Shown: positions 1 to 6,410 of the stretch, piece by piece
How positions within the stretch are numbered: position 1 is the first letter of the stretch
Layout: each line of letters opens with the position of its first letter
Program-made: the position numbers and the translations under genes
The notes under the pieces: model-generated
The model's input: only the letters and a program-made list of their open reading frames with translations
Told to the model about the DNA's origin: nothing
The model's database searches: none
Source of the DNA: Candidatus Vampirococcus lugosii
GTDB lineage: Bacteria; Patescibacteriota; Gracilibacteria; Absconditabacterales; Absconditicoccaceae
DNA length: 6,786 bases
Assembly (NCBI RefSeq): GCF_018420025.1
Contig: NZ_JAEDAM010000056.1
Location: 1-6,786, forward strand
Direction of reading: 5' to 3'

Positions 1-360
1 ATTAGATTTATTAGAATCATCTAAATTAGAATTAGTTTTATTAGAATCATCTAAATTAGAATTAGTTTTATTAGAATCATCTAAATTAGAATTAGTTTTA
101 TTAGAATCATCTAAATTAGAATCAGTTTTATTAGAATCATCTAAATTATTATTAGTTTTATTAGAATTATCTAAATTAGAATTAGTTTTATTAGAATCAT
201 CTAAATTAGAATCAGTTTTATTAGAATCATCTAAATTAGAATTAGTTTTATTAGAATCATCTAAATTAGAATTAGTTTTATTAGAATCATCTAAATTAGA
301 ATTAGTTTTATTAGAATCATCTAAATCAGAATTAGTTTTATTAGAATCATCTAAATTATT
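1..360. repeat. Tandem direct repeat, 30-bp unit x 12 copies (array may continue beyond the left edge); consensus attagttttattagaatcatctaaattaga
   Basis: Read directly: units start at 1, 31, 61 ... 331. Six copies are identical to the consensus; the others differ by 1-3 nt (units at 1, 121, 151, 211, 301, 331). There are no spacers between units. The period is a multiple of 3 and in frame with the minus-strand CDS. Confidence 0.95.
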
Positions 361-621
361 ATTAGATTCAGTTTTATCTTTTTTCAAAAATCAATTGATT
401 ATAGATTTAGTTTTATTTACTCATTTGTTTCATTCTTTTTTAAGATCATTTGTTATCTTTTCAAGATGTTCTTTTCTTTCTTGTGGCATATTATCATATT
501 TTTTTTCTACATAAGATATTAATGGCTTAAATAATCATTTTACAAATAATGGCATATCTTTTACTGTTTGTTTAAGATCATTTATGATTCTTTCTTTGTG
601 GCTTTTTTCTTCATTATTCAT
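1..621 (-). CDS. Hypothetical repeat protein, start in window and 3' end off the left edge: 87-aa K/E-rich N-terminal domain followed by at least 12 tandem 10-aa repeats (consensus SNLDDSNKTN)
   Basis: ATG at 621-619 with an in-frame TAA two codons upstream. The frame is open to position 1 when TGA is sense (4 in-frame TGA). Translation: MNNEEKSHKERIINDLKQTVKDMPLFVKGLFKPLISYVEKKYDNMPQERKEHLEKITNDLKKEGNKGVNKTKSIINGFLKKDKTESNNNLDDSNKTN... The N/K/D/E/I-rich composition matches the other genes in the window. No signal peptide or TM segment is visible. Caveat: plus-strand frame 2 is also open across the repeat (LDLLESSKLE..., stop at 512-514), but it gives an L/S/F-rich, antisense-looking product. 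Confidence 0.65.
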
Positions 622-820
622 TTTTTATAATTAATATTATTTATATATATAAATATATAATTATATTATTTTATTTTTAAATTTCAAGTTGTTTCAATTA
701 TTTTTTATAAACAAATATTAAATTATTGTTTTTCTTTGTCTATAATTAAATATATTTATTATTTTTTAATAATTTTAAGTTATTTTTTTGTATATTATGA
801 TACTGACAATATTTTTTTAT

Positions 821-848
821 TTGATTTTAATATTTTTTTATTTATAAT
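821..848 (+). promoter_or_regulatory. Candidate sigma70-like promoter for the 877-3306 gene (TTGATT -16 nt- TATAAT)
   Basis: ttgatt at 821-826 and tataat at 843-848, with a 16-nt spacer, about 29 nt upstream of the ATG at 877. In DNA this AT-rich such matches arise by chance, so this is weak support. Confidence 0.3.
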
Positions 849-876
849 TTTGAAATTTAAAATTAAGTAAAATGTA

Positions 877-3306
877 ATGAATTATAAAATATTATATATT
901 TCAACTTGAATTATTTTATTATTAACTTTAGTAGTTTTTTCATTTATTTATTTTTTTCAAGATAATCAGAAAGAACAAATATTAACGGATGTAAATATAC
1001 AAAAAGATATTGATTTAAATTTAGATTTACCATTTTTAAATTCAAATTATGAATTTAGTATAAAAAATTTATGAATATATTCAGAATCAAATTCTGAAAA
1101 ACAAAGAATTAAATTAGATAATTTTTATTATAAAATTAATAATTTTTGAGATAAATATGAAAATGATTTAATAAGTGATGTAGATATAATAAATAATGAA
1201 AAAAATATGTTTTTAAAAATATGAAAAAATTGATTTAATAAAGATTTTTTAAATTTTTTAAATTTTTTTAATTTAGATATATTAGAAAATATAGATAATA
1301 ATTCATATCTTTTGATACAAGAAATTAATAATATGGATTTTCAATATTTTGAAATAGATGATAATAAAAATAAATATTCTTACAATATAGATTGATTGTT
1401 TGATTTTGAAATATATTTTGATAATTGAAAAATTAAAGAGTTTAATTTTGATATTCCTATTATTAAATCATTTTTTAAAGAAAATAAAATATATTTTGAA
1501 TGAGAATTTGATAAAAAATGATTTTTTAAAAAAATTGATTCTAAATTACATTTTAATGAAGATTTAATGATAGATATGAAATTTGAAAATAATAAATTAA
1601 ATGCTATATTAAACATAGATTTAGCAGAAATAAATTTTGATCTTGATTTTATAAATTGAAAAATTAATTGAACTTGAAATATTATTCAAAATGATGAAGA
1701 AGTTTGAAAAGTAGAATTAAAATGAGAATATGAATGACTTGATTATTTTAATATATTAGGTGATTTAATAAGTTATGATGATACAGATGAACAAATTAAT
1801 ATAAAAATAAATTATGAAAATAATTTTTTGGATATAGAAGCTATTTCTGATAGAGATATTTTAAATCTAAAATGAGATTTAAATATTGGAAATAATTTTA
1901 ATATTGATATTTCTAGTAAATTATTTAGAAATAATGAACTTTTGGAAGAATATTTTAAATTTAAAGCTAAGAAAGAAAATAGTAATTTTTTGAGTAATTT
2001 TTATATAAAAGAAGAAAAAATTTATGATCTATCTTTGGATATAAAAGATAAATGAGATTGAAATGTAGAATTTAAAGTTCCAGATGAATATATAGAAAGT
2101 GATGAAATAAAATTACCAAAAATAAAAATATCATGAAATAGTAAATTAAAATTATTTTTTAATCTCCTGTTATTAAATTTTGAATTTTTAACAAAAATCT
2201 ACAATAGAGATTATTATATTCCAGATTATGATAAATCAAATCTTGAATTAGTTGATTATATTGAAGATCTTCCAAAAGAAGAAAATGCTATTTATGAATT
2301 AGTTGAATTTTGAAATTATATAGAAGAAAATTCAAAATCATATAGTGATATACAAGATATGTTTGATTATGAAAAATGAGTTGTGCCTTGAGATTTATTC
2401 CGTTCACGAAGTGATTTTTATTGAGATTATGATTTTGATATTGATTATGAAAATTGAGATAAACTTTATTTTGATGAAAATATATGAGAACTTTTATTAA
2501 ATTGATTAGAAAAATATAATGAAGTATTTGAATATTATTATAATAATGAAGAATTTAAACAAAATATAATTAAATTAAATAATATAATAAATAAATATGA
2601 ATATTTTCAACTTGATAAATCTTATACATATGATGATTATAATGATTTAATGCCAATACTATCATCACGGAGCTTTACTAGAAATATATTATGAGTTGCA
2701 ATATATGCTTGTAGTATATGAGATTATTGAACTTGTTTAAGATATATAGATTTAAATCAAAATATATGAAATTTTCTTTATAACTGACATTCTCCTAGTC
2801 CAGTAATATTAACTTGATCAACTATAAGCGAGGATACAATAAGAGGAATGTATTTAATTGTAAAAAGTTTTGAATTACCAGATTCTGTTTTAAATAATTT
2901 TAAAAAAATTATTAAAAAATATTATACTAAAAATAATATTAGTTTAAAAAATTTTATTAGATATAAATTTATTTTATTTAAAAATAGTTTAGATAAAATA
3001 TATGATGATATCTCTCTTTCATCTGAAGAAGAAAAGTTTTTATTATCAAAAGACTTTAATGAAGAAGAAACTTTAAGTGTATATTGATATTATTTATCAA
3101 AACATATTGATTGATATCATGATGAAGCAGTAGCTTTTTTAGAAGAGTATAAAAAAGATAAATTTAGAAAAAACTATATTTGAAGATATATGATTGATAA
3201 TTTTTCAACAACTTTAATATTACCTAATTATCCTACAATAGATGAAGAATTAAAAGATTTTAAAAATAAACTTATAGGAATAATTGATAATAAATTAAAG
3301 AAATAA
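877..3306 (+). CDS. Hypothetical 809-aa protein with an N-terminal transmembrane signal-anchor; large N/D/K/E/F/Y-rich, probably extracytoplasmic, domain; no recognisable family
   Basis: ATG at 877, TAA at 3304-3306. I read frame 1 codon by codon and found no TAA or TAG, with 35 in-frame TGA by hand count. The N-terminus MNYKILYISTGIILLLTLVVFSFIYFFQDNQ contains one hydrophobic helix. ORF-track entry 2848-3087 is an in-frame fragment of this gene. Confidence 0.85.
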
Positions 3307-3350
3307 TTTTATTTATATTAAATTATATAATAAAATATAACTTTTTATTC

Positions 3351-3379
3351 TTGACATTATTTTAATAATTATTATATAT
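3351..3379 (+). promoter_or_regulatory. Candidate sigma70-like promoter for the 3413-4804 / 4812-5906 gene pair (consensus TTGACA -35)
   Basis: ttgaca at 3351-3356, followed 16-17 nt later by tatata/atatat (3373-3379), about 35 nt upstream of the ATG at 3413. The -35 is an exact consensus, but the -10 lies in a (TA)n-like stretch and is ambiguous. Confidence 0.35.
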
Positions 3380-3412
3380 TATATATTTATATAATAATAT
3401 ATTTAATTTTTT

Positions 3413-4804
3413 ATGAAAGAATTTAATAATGTTTCTGATTGAATTCCTACAATTCCTTTTGTAGCAAATTACAATGTAGATAGTGAATCATTCAATAATT
3501 TCCAAGGTAAAGCTATGCAAGAATTAATATCTGATATTTCTTGATATGTTCAGAGAAGTATTTGATTATGAGTTATTCCTCAAGATTCTATTCATTTGGT
3601 AGCACATAATGTATGACAAGAATATTTATCTTATATATCTGATTTAAAATGAAAAAAATTAGATAAAGAACAAATAATTAAAATTACTGATATTAAATCA
3701 ACTTGTGATAAAATAATTTCACAAATAAATGAAGAAAAATATTTTAATTTAAACTTTATATCTACTGGTATAGCTCAAGATCTTATGTCTAATTTTTTAA
3801 ATTCTTCAGAAGATTTTTATCTTGAAAATCTTTGATTTGAAGACAAAATAGATAAAGCAAATTCAAAAGTATTTCTTAGAGAAAATTTTTCAGATTATAT
3901 GGTAAATTGACATATATTAGATACTAATAAACAAGATTGGATAGATGATTTGTATGATTATTTTGATTTTTATCAAAAAAAATGATTAAATTTAATTATA
4001 AGACTTGATAGATCAGTTTCTTGACTTTGATACAAAAAAATTTGTACATATAAAGATATAGAAGAACTTATATTATTATTTAATATAAATAAACATACAT
4101 TGACTGATAAGTTTTTGTTGGAAATATGTTTTGATTCTGATTCAATAATTTCTAGTCCAAGTTGTTTGGCTTATATAAATAAAAATAATGATGTTGATAC
4201 TTTTTCTTGTACTAATCAATTATTAAATTGAGCTACACATGAATGAAATGTTGTTATAAAAGATGATGAATATTTTGAAAATCTTCAAAATTTAATGAAA
4301 AAATTAACTAATAATATTTGATCTGAAATAAATGATAAATTATGAGTTATCTCATATTATTGAATTGATTTTATGCTTATAGATATTTCTTATTATGAAA
4401 ATATATATGATATAGTATGAAAAAATGTTGAAATTGTAAATGTTTATGGTAAAGATTATGCATTAATTGTTTGTGAGGTAAATCGAAGAATGACTTGAGC
4501 ATATTCATCAGCAATGATTAATAATCTTTATTTTAAAGATAAAGATAAAAGAATTGCAAATTATAATACTTTTGAGTACAATATTAATTCAAATGATAAT
4601 TTTGAACATATTCAAAATAAAATAATAATGAATTTAAAAAAAGAATGAATTTTATTTGATCCAACAAAAGATTCTTTTATGTTTGGAGTTTATCCTTTTA
4701 GTATACAAAAATGAAAAATACAAGTTGTAATAATTTCAAATAATTCTGAACATGAAAATGAAATTATAAAAGAATTAGAATCTATACTTTATAATTTAAA
4801 TTAA
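3413..4804 (+). CDS. Hypothetical 463-aa cytoplasmic-looking protein, no recognisable family
   Basis: ATG at 3413 with an in-frame TAA at 3404-3406 upstream; TAA at 4802-4804. Frame 2 read codon by codon has no TAA or TAG and about 20 in-frame TGA. Begins MKEFNNVSDGIPTIPFVANYNVDSESFNNFQGKAMQELISDISGYVQRSIGLGVIPQDSIHLVAHNVGQEY... and ends ...FGVYPFSIQKGKIQVVIISNNSEHENEIIKELESILYNLN. No signal peptide, P-loop or HExxH motif. Confidence 0.85.
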
Positions 4805-4811
4805 TATTAAA

Positions 4812-5906
4812 ATGACTTTTGTACTTGATGATATAATTAATACTACTCAAGATATGATAAAAATTCCTTCAATTTCTGATGATTTAATAAATTTGGAAAA
4901 AAATATAGATTATATTTATAATTTCTTTGTAGATACTAATTTGATTATTGAAAAAAAGTATTATAATAATAAACCAAATATTTTGGTAAAGAATTTTGAA
5001 TGAAAAAAGGCAGATATAGTATTAAACGGTCATATTGATGTAGTTGCTGGATCTGATGATAAACAATTTGAGCCATATATAAAATGAAATAAATTATATT
5101 GAAGATGATCTATAGATATGAAATGATGAATTTCTATAATTATGTATATAATGAAATATTTGGATAGTATATCTTATAAAGACAAAAAAATATCTTTAAT
5201 AATAACAAGTGATGAAGAAATAGGTTGATTTGATTGTGCTTACAATATTGCTAAAGATTGATATATATGAGATATTATTTTGATACCAGACTGATGATCA
5301 AGTACAAGAATTGTAAATACTCAAAAATGACTTAATTTGTTTGAAGTAGTTGCACAAGGAAAATCTTGTCATTCAAGTAGACCTTGGCTTGGTGATAATG
5401 CAATAAATAAAATTTTTAATTTATATAAAGATTTAAAGGAAACTTTTGAAAACAAAACAAAAAATAATCGATATTCTACAGTTAATTTAAATAAAATTCA
5501 ATGATGAAAAAGTATTAATGCTATTCCAAATGAATGTATAGCTAGTTTTGATATAAGATTTACTGAAGATTTTGATGATAGTTATGTAAGAGAGACTGTA
5601 AATAAATTAATTATCAATAATTCTTGTACTGTTATCAAATCAATTTTTTGATCTTGTCTTCATACTGATGAAAATGATAAAAATTTACAAAAATTTAAAT
5701 CAATAGCTTCTGATTTATCTTGATGAAAAGAAATAAATTTTGTTAAAGAACATTGATGATCCGATTGAAGATTTTTTGCACAATATTGATCAAAAATAAT
5801 ATTATATAGACCTGATTGAGATAATTTGCATACATTTGATGAATGGATTGATATTAATTCTTTTGAATTAATTTATAATTCGTATTTAAAATTTATACTT
5901 TCTTAA
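4812..5906 (+). CDS. M20-family metallohydrolase (ArgE/DapE/ACY1/CPG2-type peptidase/deacylase), 364 aa
   Basis: ATG at 4812, TAA at 5904-5906, about 22 in-frame TGA. With TGA=Gly the canonical M20 motifs appear in order. These are LNGHIDVV (metal His), KLYGRGSIDMKGG (metal Asp; 5097-5129), ITSDEEIGG (catalytic and metal Glu), and LIPDGG. They continue with QGKSCHSSRPWLGDNAINK, IQGGKSINAIPNECIASFDIRF and EHGGSDGRFF (C-terminal metal His; 5751-5771). ORF-track entry 4812-5003 is only its first 63 codons. Confidence 0.9.
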
Positions 5907-5946
5907 TTTTTATAAAAAAATAAAAATCAATTAAGATTTTTATTTT
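5901..5946 (+). terminator. Possible weak intrinsic terminator overlapping the peptidase stop codon
   Basis: tcttaatt (5901-5908) pairs with aattaaga (5929-5936) across a 20-nt A-rich loop, followed by tttttatttt (5937-5946). The stem is almost all A-T and the loop is large, so support is weak. Confidence 0.3.
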
Positions 5947-5964
5947 AATTAAAATATTTTAAAT

Positions 5965-5995
5965 AAAAAAATGCAAAATTGCATTTTATTTTTTA
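5965..5995. terminator. Bidirectional rho-independent terminator between the convergent peptidase gene (+) and tRNA operon (-)
   Basis: aaaatgca (5968-5975) pairs with tgcatttt (5980-5987) across a 4-nt loop. An A-tract lies upstream (aaataaa) and a T-tract downstream (atttttt), so a U-run follows the hairpin on either strand. The site lies 12 nt beyond the tRNA-Trp 3' end. Confidence 0.55.
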
Positions 5996-6006
5996 CAAAA
6001 AAAATA

Positions 6007-6079
6007 CAGGGGTGACAGGACTTGAACCCGCGACACACGGCTTTGGAGACCATTGCTCTACCAACTGAGCTACACCCCT
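6007..6079 (-). tRNA. tRNA-Trp (anticodon CCA), 73 nt, 3' CCA not encoded
   Basis: Reverse complement: AGGGGTG TA GCTC AGTTGGTA GAGC A ATGGT CTCCAAA GCCGT GTGTC GCGGG TTCAAGT CCTGT CACCCCT G. It has a 7-bp acceptor stem, a 4-bp D stem, GG in the D loop and a TTCAAGT T-loop. The anticodon loop CU-CCA-AA has U33 and A37. The sequence after discriminator G is TA, not CCA. Confidence 0.9.
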
Positions 6080-6082
6080 ATA

Positions 6083-6159
6083 TGGTGGGTTAGGAGGGAC
6101 TTGAACCCTCGACCTTGGGCTTAAGAGGCCCCTGCTCTAGCCAACTGAGCTACTAACCC
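6083..6159 (-). tRNA. tRNA-Lys (anticodon CUU), 74 nt plus encoded 3' CCA
   Basis: Reverse complement: GGGTTAG TA GCTC AGTTGGCTA GAGC A GGGGC CTCTTAA GCCCA AGGTC GAGGG TTCAAGT CCCTC CTAACCC A CCA. The acceptor, D and T stems are perfect. The anticodon stem has one G-A mismatch at its top (27:43). The anticodon loop is CU-CUU-AA. A 3-nt spacer separates it from the downstream tRNA-Trp. Confidence 0.9.
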
Positions 6160-6167
6160 AAATATAG

Positions 6168-6196
6168 TATATATTATATATACTGATTTATAACAA
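6168..6196 (-). promoter_or_regulatory. Candidate promoter for the tRNA-Lys/tRNA-Trp operon (TTGTTA -17 nt- TATATA on the minus strand)
   Basis: On the minus strand, ttgtta (6196-6191), a 17-nt spacer, then tatata (6173-6168), ending 8 nt before the mature tRNA-Lys 5' end. Alternative registers exist (ttgaat further upstream). The AT-rich context makes this weak. Confidence 0.25.
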
Positions 6197-6211
6197 AAAT
6201 TCAAGTATTTT

Positions 6212-6255
6212 TTAATAAATTTTCCTCTCTATGTAAAGAGAGGAAAATTTATTAA
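6212..6255 (-). terminator. Perfect 19-bp-stem / 6-nt-loop hairpin overlapping the stop codon of the 6252-6410 ORF; probable terminator or insulator between that ORF and the tRNA operon
   Basis: ttaataaattttcctctct (6212-6230), loop atgtaa, then agagaggaaaatttattaa (6237-6255); every position pairs. No clean U-run follows on either strand, so the terminator role is inferred from position only. The structure itself is certain. Confidence 0.45.
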
Positions 6256-6410
6256 CTATTATCTTTTACAAATTTTGAATTAATACTTGATTCTTGAAAA
6301 TATTTTCTTTGATAAAATTCTGATTTTTTTCATATATTAAATTGACTTACTGGTCTATGATATCACATTACTCTAGTTACAATTTGACATTTTGTTCTTT
6401 TCTCTTCCAT
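6252..6410 (-). CDS. 52-aa ORF matching only the C-terminal glycyl-radical segment of an anaerobic (class III) ribonucleotide reductase, NrdD-like; either an IS-truncated gene remnant or a stand-alone mini-protein
   Basis: ATG 6410-6408, TAA 6254-6252. Translation: MEEKRTKCQIVTRVMGYHRPVSQFNIGKKSEFYQRKYFQESSINSKFVKDNS. The stretch TRVMGY-x-RPVS-x-(F/W)N-x-GKK-x-EF-x-x-RK resembles, from memory, the NrdD C-terminus around the radical glycine (glycyl-radical fingerprint R-V-x-G-Y). That Gly (6365-6363) and the Gly of NIGKK are both TGA codons. An in-frame TAA lies 5 codons upstream of the ATG. The next roughly 140 nt upstream have stops in all frames, so no NrdD body or Zn-ribbon (CxxC...CxxC) precedes it. 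Confidence 0.55.

Noticed and set aside
1-360. CRISPR array, suggested by regularly spaced roughly 30-bp repeats
   Set aside because: The units are directly contiguous with no spacers, the array is in frame with a coding region that has a proper start codon, and no cas genes or leader are present. It is a coding tandem repeat.
2-514. Plus-strand reading frame open across the repeat (LDLLESSKLELVLLESSKLE... ending ...SCGILSYFFST, stop 512-514)
   Set aside because: It is open only because the repeat unit lacks stops in that frame. The product is L/S/F-rich, unlike every other protein here, and has no start in the window. The minus-strand frame has an ATG, a plausible N-terminal domain and matching composition. 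This alternative is not fully excluded.
638-655. 18-bp perfect palindrome tatttatatatataaata in the divergent intergenic region, as a possible operator
   Set aside because: It is pure A/T, (TA)n-like low complexity. Palindromes of this kind are expected by chance in this composition, so there is no basis for calling it a binding site.
872-879. Minimal start-stop uORF ATG-TAA overlapping the real start (ATGTAATG)
   Set aside because: It could be a regulatory start-stop element. However, ATG and TAA triplets are so frequent in this DNA that the arrangement is likely fortuitous, and it cannot be supported from sequence alone.
1380-1616. 78-aa minus-strand ORF from the supplied ORF track
   Set aside because: It lies entirely antisense to the 809-aa code-25 CDS and has an F/L/S/I-rich composition typical of the antisense strand of N/K/E-rich genes. 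No independent support.
2848-3087. 79-aa plus-strand ORF from the ORF track as an independent small gene (likewise 4812-5003)
   Set aside because: Both are in-frame fragments of the longer code-25 genes 877-3306 and 4812-5906, cut off at TGA codons by standard-code translation.
3307-3350. Terminator hairpin after the 809-aa gene (ttatat ... atataa)
   Set aside because: It has only a 6-bp all-A/T stem, indistinguishable from background. The gene may read through into the downstream pair or terminate by other means.
877-5906. Mycoplasma-like code 4 (TGA=Trp)
   Set aside because: TGA aligns with invariant Gly positions of M20 peptidases (GRG, DMKGG, EEIGG, HGGSDGR) and with the glycyl-radical Gly. 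Code 4 would give 4.3% Trp and 0.5% Gly in the 809-aa protein. The tRNA-Trp has anticodon CCA, not UCA.
877-5906. A field of decayed pseudogenes riddled with TGA stops
   Set aside because: None of the three long frames contains a single TAA or TAG over 2430, 1392 and 1095 nt in extremely AT-rich DNA, where such triplets are very frequent out of frame. All catalytic motifs of the peptidase are intact.
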